Source of the DNA: Anaeramoeba ignava BMAN
Lineage: Eukaryota; Protista; Anaeramoebae
NCBI GenBank assembly: GCA_028826165.1
Contig: JAPDFW010000044.1
Location: 496,001-560,000 of the forward strand
Length of the DNA: 64,000 bases
Direction: 5' to 3'
Part shown: one piece after another, positions 38,392-51,921 of the stretch
Position numbering within the stretch: position 1 is the stretch's first letter
Layout: the number at the start of each line of letters is the position of its first letter
Program-made: the position numbers and the translations under genes
The notes under the pieces: generated by a model
Database searches by the model: none
Told to the model about the DNA's origin: nothing
What the model saw: the letters and a program-made list of their open reading frames with translations, nothing else

Positions 38392-38644
38392 AATTAATTA
38401 AAATTAAAATTAAAATTAGAATTAAAATTAAAATTAAAATTAAAATTAAAATTAAAATTAAAATTCATTTTAAAATTAAAATTAAAATTAAAATTAAAAT
38501 TAAAATTAAAATTCAAATTAAAATTAAAATCGAATTTAGTTCAAATTTAATTTTTTTCTTTTTAAAAAATAAATCAAAATTTTTTTCATTTTTTAATTTT
38601 CATTTTTTTATTTTCAAATTTTCATTTTTTTTTTTTAAATAAAA

Positions 38645-41600
38645 ATGTTTTCAAATTCTCCACTTAAAGATGCAGTTGAAAAAGCAACAGATAATTTATT
38701 AGATGCAGATTGGACTTACAATTCTAAAATAATTAATTATGTTAGGAGACATCCAACAGAGTAAAATAAAAAACAAAAAAATAACAAAAAAAAATTTTAA
38801 AAATTTAAAATTTAATTAATAAAAATAATTTAGAGAAGAACATCTTGTTAATGCAATTAAAAATCGTTTAGGCAAAAATAATGCAAAAACTAAATCTCTT
38901 TCATTAATTGTAAACAAATTAAAATTAAAATTAAAATTCATTTATAAAATTAAAATTAAAATTAAAATCAAAATTAAAATTAAAATTAAAATTAAAATTA
39001 AAATTAAAATTAAAATCAAAATTAAAATTAAAATTAAAATTAAAATTAAAATTAAAATTAAAATTAAAATTAAAATTAAAATTAAAATTAAAATTAAAAT
39101 TAAAATTAAATTTAAAATTAAAATTAAAATTAAAATTAAAATTAAAATTAAAATTTAAAATTAAAATTAAAAATTAAAATTAAAATTAAAATTAAAAATT
39201 AAAAATTAAAATTAAAATTAAAATTAAAATTAAAATTAAAATTAAAAATTAAAATTAAAATTAAAATTAAAATTAAAAATTAAAATTAAAATTAAAATTT
39301 AAATTAAAATTAAAATTTAAAAATTAAAATTAAATTTAAATTAAAATCAAAAATTAAAATTAAAATTAAAAATTAAAATTTAAAATTAAAATTAAAATTA
39401 AAATTAAAATTAAAATTAAAATTAAAATTAAAATTAAAATTAAAATTAAAATTAAAATTTAAAATTAAAATTTAAAATTTAAAATTAAAATTAAAATTAA
39501 AATCAAAATTAAAAATTAAAATTAAAATTAAAAATTAAAATTAAAATTAAAATTAAAAATTAAAATTAAAATTAAAATTAAAATTAAAATTAAAATTAAA
39601 ATTAAAATTAAAATTAAAATTAAAATTAAAATTAAAATTAAAATTAAAATTAAAATCAAAATTTAAAATTAAAATTAAAATTAAAATTAAAATTAAAATT
39701 AAAATTAAAATTAAATTTAAAATTAAATTTAAAAATTAAAATTTAAATTTAAATTTAAATTAAAATTAAAATTTAAAATTAAAATTAAAATTAAAAATTA
39801 AAATTAAAATTAAAATTAAAATTAAAATTAAAAATTAAAATTAAAATTAAAATTAAAATCAAAATTAAAATTATAATCAAAATTAAAATTAAAATTAAAA
39901 TTAAAATTAAAATTAAAAATTAAAATTAAAATTAAAATTAAAATTAAAATTAAAATTAAAATTAAAATTAAAAATTAAAAATTAAAATTAAAATTAAAAT
40001 TAAAATTAAAATTAAAATTAAAATTCATTTTAAAATTAAAATTAAATTTAAAATTAAAATTAAAATTAAAATTAAAATTAAAATTGAAATCAAAATCAAA
40101 ATCAAAATTAAAATCAAAATTAAATTTAAAATTAAAATTAAAATTTAAAATTTAAAATTAAAATTAAAATTAAAATTTAAATTAAAATTAAAATTAAAAT
40201 TAAAATCAAAATTAAATTTAAAATTAAAATTAAAATTAAAATTTAAATTTAAATTAAAATTAAAATTAAAATCAAAATTTAAAATCAAAATTCATTTATA
40301 AAATTTAAATTTAAAACAATAAAGCTTTTAGATGCATGCTTAAAAAATATACCAAGTTTAATTAAATATATTGAAAAAGATAATTTTATGAAAAAATTAA
40401 TGAGTATTTCCAAAAGTGATAAAGCACCAGAAGCAAGAGATAGAGCAAGATATTTGATTCAAAAATATTCTAAAAATAACAAAAAAATTGCAAAACATTT
40501 ACAAAATTTACTTAAAATTGGAGCAAAGCTTCCACCAGAAGGAACTTTTGAAGAACCTCCAGATATTCCAAAACCAAAAGAATCAACTCAAAATACAACT
40601 AGAAATTTTCAATCAATTCCTATGGCAATGGGAATGTATGGTGGAACTTATCCTGTTTTTTCTCCTCAAATTCCTCAAAATTATTATTATTATCAACAAC
40701 AACAATTTCAACAACAACAATTTCAACAACAACCTCAAATGGTAAACAATTTAAAACAATTTCCAAAAATATTTAAATTAAAAGAAATATTTAAATTAAA
40801 GGAATATTTAAATTAAAAGGATATTTAAATAAAAAGAAATATTTAAATTAAAAGAAATATTTAAATAAAAAGAAATATTTAAATTAAAAGAAATATTTAA
40901 ATTAAAAGGAAATATTTCCAAAAATATTTAAATAAAAAGAAATATTTAAATTAAAAGAAATATTTAAATTAAAAGAAATATTTAAATTAAAAATATTTAA
41001 ATTAAAAAGAATATTTAAATTAAAAGGAAATATTTCCAAAAATATTTAAATAAAAAAGAAATATTTAAATTAAAAATATTTAAATTAAAAATATTTAAAT
41101 TAAAAGAAATATTTCCAAAAATATTTAAATTAAAAGAAATATTTCCAGAAATATTTAAATTAAAAAGATATTTAAATTAAAAGAATATTTAAATTAAAAA
41201 GAATATTTAGATTAAAAGAATATTTCCAAAAATATTTTAAATTAAAAGAAATATTTCCAAAAATATTTAAATTAAAAAGGAATATTTAAATTAAAAGAAA
41301 TATTTAAATTAAAAAAGAAATATCTAAATTAAAACAATTTCCAAAAATATTTAAATTAAAAATAATATTTAAATTAAAAGAATATTTAAATTAAAAGAAT
41401 ATTTAAATTAAAAGAAATATTTAAATTAAAAGAAATATTAAAATTAAAAGAAATATTTAAATTAAAAGAATATTTAAATTAAAAGAAATATTTAAATTAA
41501 AAGAAATATTTAAATTAAAAGAATATTTAAATTAAAAAGAATATTTAGATTAAAAGAATATTTCCAAAAATATTTAGATTAAAAGAATATTTCCAAAAAT

Positions 41601-43144
41601 ATTTAAATTAAAAAGAAATATTTCCAAAAATATTTAAATTAAAAAGAAATATTTCCAAAAATATTTAAATTAAAGAAATATTTCCAAGAATATTTAAATT
41701 AAAAGAAATATTTAAATTAAAAGAATATTTAAATTTAAAGAAATATTTAAATTTAAAGAAATATTTAAATTAAAAGAAATATTTAAATTAAAAGAAATAT
41801 TTAAATTAAAAGAAATATTTAAATTAAAAGAATATTTAAATTAAAAAAAATATTTAAAATCAAAAAAATCATTTTTATTTTTGATTCTATTTTAGATGAT
41901 GTCAAACATGACAAAAGAACAAAAAGCAGAAAAAATTAGAAAAGATTTAAAAGTAGTAAAAGAAACAATCCAATTATTAACAGAAACTTTAAAAGCTGTT
42001 CAACCTACAGATGATATTAAAAAAGATGAAACAATACAAGAATTATATTTAACTGTGAAACAAATTAGTTATTTAATGATTCGTTTAGCTGGAAAAATAA
42101 CTGATAATGATGAATTATTAACAGAAGTTTTGATTTATAACGATATTGTTAATACTGCAAAATTAAATTATCAAAAAGCTTTGAAACATGAACCAGTTGA
42201 TGAAATTCGTAAATTAATTTTTCATTTTAATTAATTTTAATTTAATTTAATTTAATTTAATTTAATTTAATTTTGAAATAAAGATTTTCCTGGAGATTCT
42301 GAAAAAAAAGAAGAGAAATCATCTGATGAAAGTATTAGTGATAATGAATTTAAAAGTGTATCAGATGATAGTGATATTGAATCTGATGAAAAAGATGAAC
42401 AAAAAAAAGAAAAATCAACAAATCAAAAACCAACTAAAATTGAATCAAATCAACAAAATAATTTAATTGATCTTGATATTAATCCAAAACCAAATCCACA
42501 ATTAAATCAACAACAAAATCAATTTAATCAACCAAATCAATTTAATCAACCAAATCAACAATTAAATCAATTTAATCAACCAAATCAATTTAATCAACCA
42601 AATCAATTTAATCAACCAAATCAACAATTAAATCAATTTAATCAACCAAATCAATTTAATCAACCAAATCAACAATTAAATCAATTTAATCAACAACCAA
42701 ATCAATTTAATCAACCAAATCAATTTAAACAAAATCAATTTAATCCACAATTAAATCAACCAATAAATCAATTTAATCAACAACCAAATCAATTTAATCC
42801 ACAATTAAATCAACAACCAAATCAATTTAATCAACAATTAAAATTATTTAATCAACCAAATCAAGTTAAACAACAACCAATAAAACAAGTTAATCAACAA
42901 AAACAAAATCAACCAAAAGAAAAAGATCCTTTTATTGATGGAATTGAATATCTTGAATCAATAAATTCAAAAAATCAAAATCAAAATCAAAAATCAAAAT
43001 CAAAATCAAAATCAAAATCAAAATGAAGAAAATCAAAATGAAGAAAAAGATGAAAAATCTTCAAATAGTGAAGATGATTTTGATAGTTTTTTCTCAACTC
43101 GTTCTAAAAAAAAGACAACAAAAAAAACAGCTTTATTTAATTAA
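38645..43144 (+). CDS. TOM1-like VHS-GAT protein; introns 38761-38833, 38910-40324, 40742-41895 and 42209-42283
   Basis: VEKATDNLLDADW..AIKNRL..LLDACLKN (VHS); KIRKDLKVVK..ELLTEVLIYND (GAT); tail with NLIDLD, DPF and DDFDSFF trafficking motifs. Confidence 0.85.
38915..40315. repeat. (AAAATT)n microsatellite filling a 1.4-kb intron
   Basis: Directly visible. Confidence 0.95.
40760..41860. repeat. ~18-bp minisatellite (AAATATTTAAATTAAAAG) filling a 1.15-kb intron
   Basis: Directly visible, with ATATTTCCAAAA variant units. Confidence 0.95.
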
Positions 43145-43421
43145 AAAATTTTTAATGAAATGAAATGAAAAATTCAAATTAAATCAATCAATTAAATTAT
43201 TATTTCTTTTTTTTTTTTTCCTTTTTTAAAAAAGAGAAGAAAAATATTATTTGAACAAAACAAAAGAAAACAAAAGAAAATAATTTCAAAATTGAAGAAT
43301 TTCTTTTTTTCTTTTCCTAAATTTATTCTTTTTATTCTTTCAAAAAAAAAATGAATTGAAAAATGAATTGAAAATTGAAAATTGAAATGAAAATTTTTTA
43401 GATTTTGTTTGTGTCTTGTTT

Positions 43422-45362
43422 TTAAATTAATCCATTTGCAAAACTTTGAATTATTCCAGGAGCACTTGAATCAAATCCAACAACATCAAGCATATAAGGA
43501 TCAGAAGGATCTGCAATTGAAAATTTTGTAGCAGTAAATCCAATAACAACTAATTTAGCATCAGGAATATTCATTTCTTTTCTATAATTCTTTATTGCTT
43601 GAAAAGGATGAATATTTCCAGAATAAGTCTCATTATCAGTCATTACAACAAAAACATCAACAGGAATTCTCTTTTCCAAAGCATAAATCATAGGTTGAGC
43701 ACAATCAGTTCCACCAAAAGCAAAACCTGACATTTTTGAAATTAAACCTTCAAGTTTTTTTTCTTTCTTGAGATAATCAACATTTTGGAAAGTAGTTGAA
43801 AATGCACATAAATGAGTATCTTTTTCCACTCTTGTAATAACAGACATCATTGCAGCAGCAGCATCACGAGCACAAACAGCAGGATTTCCACTGATAAAAG
43901 CACATGACATACTTCCAGAAACATCAACTCCAAGAAGCCATCTCTTGTTTGTTGGTTCGACATAATTGAAGGTTAAGTAAAAAGCTTCATCAAGTGCATT
44001 AAGAATTTTTGGAACAGGTTTCCAAGTTAAATTTCCTTTTATACCTTTTCCTCTTCCATAAACTTTGAGAGCAACAAAAACATTGAATGGATGAATTCTT
44101 GATTTCTTCAAATATTCTTCATTCAAAAAATTCCGAACAACAATATCATTGTATTTTTGACTATCCTTTGAATCAGCTGAAAGTAATCCTATTTCAGTCA
44201 TCTTCCCAAGATTCCGAATTGTTGCTGTAAGTGGCATTGATTCAAGAAGAGCTGCCCAGATTTCTTTTGTGTTAAGCCATACTGTTGGAATATGTTCTCG
44301 TGCAAGATTTTGTTCTTTTATCAATTCAATCACATTTTCTGCTGTTTCTGATTTTTTGATTTTTTCAACTGTTTCAAGAAATTGGAAAACTTGTTGGAAT
44401 TCTTTGTCATTTGCAATATCGTTAGTATAAACTGGATATTGTTTAGGTTTTTTCTTTTTGTCTGTTTCTTCAATTTTCATTTCTTTTTGATCTTTATCAG
44501 TTGAAATTGTCATGTTCTTGTCTTTTTCTTTTTCTTTTTCATTTTCATTTTCATTTTCATTTTCATTTTTATCAGTTGAAATTGTCATGTTCTTGTCTTT
44601 TTCTTTTTCATTTTCATTTTCATTTTGTTTATTAGAAATTTCTTGATTGGTTTTCAATTCATTTTTTTCATTGCTCAATTGAATCAAATTTTGAGGAATT
44701 CTCACAAGAGCATCTTTTCCATTAACAATATAATCAAAAATAAGTTTCAAGGAATTTGTAGAAGGTTTTGGATGAATAAGTCTCAAAAGATCACGATGAC
44801 TCCAACCTTCTCTTGATTGGTATTTAGTAATCAAGTAAGCAAGTTTCTTAGCATCATGATCATTTTTGTACCATTTGGCTAAAGATTCTCTGTGTTTTCT
44901 TCCCCAACCTTTTGATTTCGATTGAAGCTTAGAAAATTGCAAACAATATTTAACAAAAAGAAAAAGTGTTGTAGGAATTCTGCACACTTTTGGAACAGCA
45001 GCATAAGCAGCATCAATTGTATCTTTGAATTTCTTTCGATCCGCCAACTTGGCACAAATTGCAAGAGCAAAAATCCCTGGTTCTTGTTTTGCTGCTCTTC
45101 CTTCAACTGAGTATTCTACAATTGTTTCAACTACTTCTAATCCTCTTCCTTTATCAATGAGTTCAGTGATTGATTTTGTGTTTTCTAATTTTAATTGAGG
45201 TGCATTTTGATAATATGTTCCTGTTTCACATCCTAAAGTGAGAAATCTTCGTAATCGTACCATATCATCTACTTCGAAAACAAATCCACCTGCATTGTTT
45301 CGAACCATGTCATTTTCTCTCCCTTTTTCTGGTTGTTGTTGATTTGTGAATTTTTTACTCAT
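43422..45362 (-). CDS. RO60: Ro60 (TROVE + vWA) RNA-binding protein, intronless
   Basis: NNAGGFVF..RLRRFLTLG.E.GTYY; KQEPGIFALAIC; TKYQSREGWSHRDLLRLIH; MPLTATIRNLGKMT; DVSGSM (MIDAS); GGTDCAQPM; TDNET; VVGFD. Confidence 0.97.
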   Translation of the reverse strand: MSKKFTNQQQPEKGRENDMVRNNAGGFVFEVDDMVRLRRFLTLGCETGTYYQNAPQLKLENTKSITELIDKGRGLEVVETIVEYSVEGRAAKQEPGIFALAICAKLADRKKFKDTIDAAYAAVPKVCRIPTTLFLFVKYCLQFSKLQSKSKGWGRKHRESLAKWYKNDHDAKKLAYLITKYQSREGWSHRDLLRLIHPKPSTNSLKLIFDYIVNGKDALVRIPQNLIQLSNEKNELKTNQEISNKQNENENEKEKDKNMTISTDKNENENENENEKEKEKDKNMTISTDKDQKEMKIEETDKKKKPKQYPVYTNDIANDKEFQQVFQFLETVEKIKKSETAENVIELIKEQNLAREHIPTVWLNTKEIWAALLESMPLTATIRNLGKMTEIGLLSADSKDSQKYNDIVVRNFLNEEYLKKSRIHPFNVFVALKVYGRGKGIKGNLTWKPVPKILNALDEAFYLTFNYVEPTNKRWLLGVDVSGSMSCAFISGNPAVCARDAAAAMMSVITRVEKDTHLCAFSTTFQNVDYLKKEKKLEGLISKMSGFAFGGTDCAQPMIYALEKRIPVDVFVVMTDNETYSGNIHPFQAIKNYRKEMNIPDAKLVVIGFTATKFSIADPSDPYMLDVVGFDSSAPGIIQSFANGLI

Positions 45363-45589
45363 TTTGAAAATAACTTGGTTAAATTTTTAATAATTATTTT
45401 TGTTTAATTAATTATTAATTTATTAAGCAAGTGATTAAGAATGAAAAAATGAAAAAAAAAATATATTTTTTCTTTTAAACTTGAATAAATAAAAATGACA
45501 TATTTCTATATTATTTCCTATACATATTAATTTATATTTTTTCTCTTTTTTTTATTTAATTTTTATTTCTCCTTTTTTTTTTCTATTTA

Positions 45590-46320
45590 ATCTTTAAATA
45601 AATTTAAAAAATAAAAAATTATTAATTAATATATTATAAAATAATTTATAAATAAATATTAAATTAAAATTATTATAAATATTTATATAAATTTATTTCA
45701 AAAAAAAGTGGAATAAAAATATTTTAATAAATAAATATAAATAAATTAAATAAATATTAATTAAATTTAAAAATAAAAATTATTAATTAATATATTTTAA
45801 AATAATTTATAAATAAATATTAAATTAAAATTATTATAAATATTTATATAAATTTATTTCAAAAAAAAGTGGAATAAAAATATTTTTATAAATAAATATA
45901 AATAAATTAAATAATAATTAATTAAATTTAAAAAATAGAAAATTATTAATTAATATAATATAAAATAATTTATAAATAAATATTAAATTAAAATTATTAT
46001 AAATATTTATATAAATTTATTTCAAAAAAAAGTGGAATAAAAATATTTTAATAAATAAATAAAAATAAATTAAATAAAGATTAAATAAATTTAAAAAATA
46101 AAAAATTATTAATTAATATAATATAAAATAATTTATAAATAAATATTAAATTAAAATTATTATAAATATTTATATAATTTTATTTCAAAAAAAAGTGGAA
46201 TAAAAATATTTTAATAAATAAATATAAATAAATTAAATAAATATTAATTAAATTTAAAAAATAAAAAATTATTAATTAATATAATCTAAAATAATTTATA
46301 AATAAATATTAAATTAAAAT
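45590..46320. repeat. AT satellite family 3 (~161-bp unit, about 4.5 copies) between divergent genes
   Basis: ttcaaaaaaaagtggaataaaaatatttt near 45697, 45858, 46021 and 46185. Confidence 0.9.
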
Positions 46321-46506
46321 TAAAAGAAAAAATGAAAAAAAAGATCAAATTATTTTCGAAAAAAAAAAAAATTTTTTTTTAATTAATTTTTAATTTAAAT
46401 TGATCAGTTTTTTTTCTTTTTAAAATAAAAAAACAAAAAAAAACAAAATAACCATTTTTTTTAATTTAAAATTTAGTTTATTCAAAAAGCAAAAAAAAAA
46501 ATTAAA

Positions 46507-46553
46507 TTTCATTTTTTTTCATTTTTTTTCATTTTTTTCATTTTTTTCATTTC
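46507..46553 (+). promoter_or_regulatory. Tandem TTTTCATTTT Inr-like cluster upstream of the RhoGAP gene
   Basis: About five tandem copies roughly 120-160 bp before the ATG. Similar clusters precede several other genes. Confidence 0.5.
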
Positions 46554-46665
46554 AATTTATTTTATATTTTTTATATTTTTTTTAAATTTAAAAAAACAAA
46601 AACAAAAAAAATTAAAAATTATTTTTTAAAAAAAAATAACGGAATAAATAATAAAAATAATAAAA

Positions 46666-48976
46666 ATGTCAGAATGGAGTGAACATATTGATCCAAGTTC
46701 AAATAGAATTTATTATTACAATTCAAGAACAGGACAAAGTGTATGGACAAAACCAGCAGAATTAGAAGAAAAAAAAGAAGAAAAAAAAGAAGAAAAAAAA
46801 GAAGAAAAAAAAGAAAATGAATGGGAAGAAATATTCGATCCAAATACAGGAAAAAAATACTATTATAATCACAAAACTGGGGCAAGTGTTTGGACGAAAC
46901 CAAAAGAATTAGAAGAACAAAAAGAAACTAAAAAAACTGAAAATATTGAAAATTTTGGAAATCAATCAATTGATTTACCTCCTATATTGAATGAAGACTT
47001 ACCACCACCAATTCTTAATGATGATATCCAACTGCCTTCTTTAGACATGGATTTACCACCTCCAATATTTGATGGTGATATGCCACCGCCTGTTTTTGAC
47101 GGAGACTTACCACCGCCTATTCTGGATGAAAATTTTTCAATTCCACAAATTGAATCAATTCCAAATAATAATTTTGATCAACAATTAAATCAAATTCCTC
47201 CACCTATAAATACTTCTCCAAACATAACAAAATCTCCTTCACCTACTAAAGAAAGAAAGTGGCCGCCTTGTTTTGGTTATCATGAAATTCCTGATGATAT
47301 TATGAATGAAAATCCTGAATTAAGAATTACTGAATTTGCAAGAAAATTTTTTAATAATCAAAAATCTTTAAAAAAAGCTACTCCAAAACAATTACTCTCT
47401 TTCTCTTCAAAACCTATTAAGAAACCTTTACTTTTATCTGTTAATAAATCTAAAACTCCAAAAATATCTTCTGAAGCTGTTGATAATTTCAAAAGTAATT
47501 TGAAATCTAAATTAAAATTCATTTATAAAAATAAAATTAATTTATAAATATAAAATTAAAAATAAAATTAAAATTAAAATTAAAATTAAAATTAAAATTA
47601 AAATTAAAATTTAAATTAAATTTAAAAATTAAAATTAAAATTAAAATTAAAATTAAAATTATTTTAAAGATATTTTGAGTTATATTGGTGAAAAAGGAAA
47701 AAAATCAGCAGGAGATCCTGAAGTTGCCAAAAAAATTTTAACAAGAGGACTTCAATATCCAGAATTATGGGATGAAATTTATATTCAACTTTTAAAGCAA
47801 ACACAAGGAAGAATTGAAATGTAAAATTAAAATTAAAATTTAAAATAAAAATTTAAAATTAAAATTAAAATTAAAATCTAAATTAAAATCTTTCTAATTA
47901 TGTTATAAAAGGACAACTTTAAAGAGAGTTTGGGAACTTTTAGTTTTATGTTGTAGTACATTTCCTCCATCAGAAGATTTAGAAAATTATTTGAAAAATT
48001 TTGTTTGTTTAAATATTAAAAATGAAAGGGTTGAAATATCTGAATTTGCACAATATTGTATTCTTAAATTATTTCCCATTTCCAAAGCTCGAAATTCTAA
48101 AAAATTTTCAATTCCACCTGATCGAACAATTCAATCAATTAATGTTTGAATCAATTATTTATTATTTTTTAAATTATTTTTTAATTTTTTAAATTATTTT
48201 TTAAATTAGGTTGCTCCTTATCAACAATCTAGACTTTTTGGAATAACTTTTGAAGAAATATTATGGTATCAAAAAGATTGGGATCCTGATCTTAAAATTC
48301 CCAAAGTTATTAAATTTTTATGTGATCAAGTTAAAGAAACTGGAGGTTAATAATCTTTAAAAATAATCTTTAAAAAAATATTCAAAATTTAAAAAAATTC
48401 AAAAAAAAAATTATAAAGGAATGTCAACTGTTGGAATTTTTAGAATTCCAGGTCAAAATGAAGAAGTTAATTATGCAAAAGATTTACTTGATAGAGGAAG
48501 TTTAGAAGTTAAATTCTCTCAACCAACAACTCCTGCATCTTTATTAAAACAATTTTTTAGAGAATTATATGAATCTTTAATTCCAGAAGAATTTTAGTAA
48601 ATAAAAAATTAAATTGAAAAACGAAATTAAATTGAAAAAATAATTTTGTTTCTTTCTTTCAAAAAAAAAAAGTGATGATTGTTTAAAATGCGCAGGAAAA
48701 TTAGATGAAGAAGAGAAAATTATTCAAAAATTACGTCCAATTAATTTAGCTGTTTTAACTTACTTGATTCGATATATCAGAGAATTTAGTCAACAAAGTG
48801 TTCTTTCAATAACAAAAATGGGACTTCCAAATCTTGCTCTTGTATTTGCTCCAAATTTATTACGTTGTCCACCAACAACAGAATTAAAATTAACTATGAA
48901 TCAACCAAGAGAGCAATTATTCTTTTTAACACTTTTAAAGAATTTGGATTGTAGTAAATATGAAAAGATGCTTTAA
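46666..48976 (+). CDS. WW-WW-MyTH4-RhoGAP protein (ARHGAP39/Vilse-like); five introns (47495-47669, 47821-47911, 48144-48209, 48346-48418, 48597-48672)
   Basis: Two WW domains (YYYN..TG.SVWTKP); MyTH4 (ELWDEIYIQLLKQT..CSTFPPS); RhoGAP (GIFRIPG, ASLLKQFFREL, KMGLPNLALVFAPNLLR). Confidence 0.9.
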
Positions 48977-49069
48977 TTTCAATTCTAAAATAATTTTTCT
49001 TTTCTTTTTTTTCTTTTTTTCTTTTCAAACAAAAAGGTTTATCTTCAATTTCGTAATAAAAGAACATTA

Positions 49070-51362
49070 ACTAAATTATTAATCTTTTTAAAATCAATTA
49101 TTTATAAATTATTTAATAATAAATTATTAATCTTTCATTTATTTATTTATTAATAAATTATTAATCTTTTATTTATTTAATAATAAATTATTAATCTTTT
49201 ATTTATTTAATAATAAATTATTAATCTTTTATTTATTTATTAATAATAAATTATTAATCTTTCATTTATTTAATAATAATAAATTATTAATCTTTTCATT
49301 TATTTATTTATTAATAATAAATTATTAATCTTTCTTTTATTTATTTATTTAATAAATAATAAATTATTAATCTTTCATTTATTTATTTATTAATAATAAA
49401 TTATTAATCTTTCTTTTATTTATTTATTAATAATAAATTATTAATCTTTCATTTATTTATTTATTAATAAATTATTAATCTTTCATTTATTTATTATTAA
49501 TAAATTATTAATCATTTATTTATTTAATAATAAATTATTAATCTTTTATTTATTTAATAATAAATTATTAATCTTTTATTTATTTAATAATAAATTATTA
49601 ATCTTTTATTTATTTATAATAAATTATTAATCTTTCATTTATTTATTAATAATAAATTATTAATCTTTCATTTATTTATTTATTAATAATAAATTATTAA
49701 TCTTTTATTTATTTAATAATAATAAATTATTAATCTTTTTATTTATTTATTTATTAATAAATTAATCTTTCATTTATTTATTTATTAATAATAAATTATC
49801 TTTATTTATTTATTTAATAATAATAAATTATTAATCTTTTATTTAATCAATAATAAATTATTAATCTTTTATTTATTTAATAATAATAAATTATTAATCT
49901 TTTATTTATTTATTTATTAATAAATTATTAATCTTTCATTTATTTATTAATAAATTATTAATCTTTCATTTATTTATTAATAAATTATTTATTTATTTAA
50001 TAATAAATTATTAATCTTTCATTTATTTATTTATTAATAAATTATTAATCTTTCATTTATTTATTTATTAATAATAAATTATTAATCTTTTATTTATTTA
50101 TTAATAATAAATTATTAATCTTTTATTTATTTATTAATAATAAATTATTAATCTTTTATTTATTTATTAATAATAAATTATTAATCTTTCATTTATTTAT
50201 TTATTAATAATAAATTATTAATCTTTTATTTATTTATTTAATAATAAATTATTAATCTTTCATTTATTTATTTAATAATAAATTATTAATCTTTTATTTA
50301 TTTATTTAATAATAAATTATTAATCTTTTATTTATTTAATAATAAATTATTAATCTTTTATTTATTTATTAATAATAAATTATTAATCTTTTATTCATTT
50401 ATTAATAATAAATTATTAATCTTTCATTTATTTAATAATAAATTATTAATCTTTTATTTATTTATTTTATAATAAATTATTAATCTTTCATTTATTTATT
50501 TATTAATAAATTATTAATCTTTCATTTATTTATTTATTTAATAATAAATTATTAATCTTTTATTTATTTATTAATAATAAATTATTAATCTTTTATTTAT
50601 TTATTAATAATAAATTATTAATCTTTTATTTATTTATTTATAATAAATTATTAATCTTTCATTTATTTAATAATAAATTATTAATCTTTCATTTATTTAT
50701 TTATTAATAATAATAAATTATTAATCTTTCATTTATTTATTTATTATTAATAAATTATTAATCTTTTATTTATTTATTTATTTATTTAATAATAAATTAT
50801 TAATCTTCCATTTATTTATTTATTAATTATTAATCTTTCATTTATTTATTTAATAATAAATTATTAATCATTAATTTATTTATTTATTTATTTAATAATA
50901 AATTATTAATCTTTTATTTATTTATTAATAATAAATTATTAATCTTTTATTTATTTATTATTAATAAATTATTAATCTTTTATTTATTTATTAATAATAA
51001 ATTATTAATCTTTCATTTATTTATTAATAATAAATTATTAATCTTTTATTTATTTAATAATAATAAATTATTAATCTTTTATTTATTAATAAATAATAAA
51101 TTATTAATCTTTTATTTATTTAATAATAATAAATTATTAATCTTTTATTTATTTAATAATAATAAATTATTAATCTTTTATTTATTTATTATTAATAAAT
51201 TATTAATCTTTCATTTATTTATTTAATAATAAATTATTAATCTTTTATTTATTTAATAATAATAAATTATTAATCTTTTATTTATTTAATAATAATAAAT
51301 TATTAATCTTTCATTTATTTATTAATTAATAATAAATTATTAATCTTTTATTTATTAAATTA
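49070..51362. repeat. ~27-31-bp minisatellite (AATAAATTATTAATCTTTYATTTATTT)
   Basis: Directly visible; unit length varies through ATTT and AAT copy number. Confidence 0.95.
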
Positions 51363-51921
51363 ATCTTTCTTTCTTCAAATTAAACTTTTACATTATTTTA
51401 AATAAAGAATTGAAGATTTAATTTATTTTTATTGTTTTGATCAAATAAAAAGATAATTTATTATTAAGAAATATTAGGGGATTAATTCAATTCAATTCAA
51501 TTCAATTTTTTTTAATTGCTTTTTGCTTTTTGCTTTTTGCTTTTTTTTTAAATTTAACAAAAAAAAACAATAAAAAACAAAAATTAAATTAAATTTTCAT
51601 TTTTTTTCTTTTAATTTCTTTGCAATTTCAAAAAAAAATTGCCTTCTTTAATAATTTTGAAGTAACAAAAAAAGAATAAAAAAAATAAAAGAAACTAAAA
51701 GAAGAAATAACAATAATTTAATTCTAAAATTTTAAAAAAAATTAAAAAAACACCTTTCCCGAAATTTCCAATAATTCAAAACATTAATTTCTGTGTTTAA
51801 AAAAAAAATTTTTTTTTGTTAAATAATTTTTTTTAAACAGAAAAAATTTTTTTCATTTTTTTTTTTAAATAATTTAAAATAAACAAATTATAAAAAAAAC
51901 AAAAACAAAAACAAAAACAAA

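Noticed and set aside
38915-40315. Telomeric repeat
   Set aside because: The AAAATT unit lacks G-runs and lies within an in-frame GT-AG intron.
45363-46660. Y RNA gene next to Ro60
   Set aside because: The region is almost pure AT with no GC-containing stem or recognisable Pol III signature.
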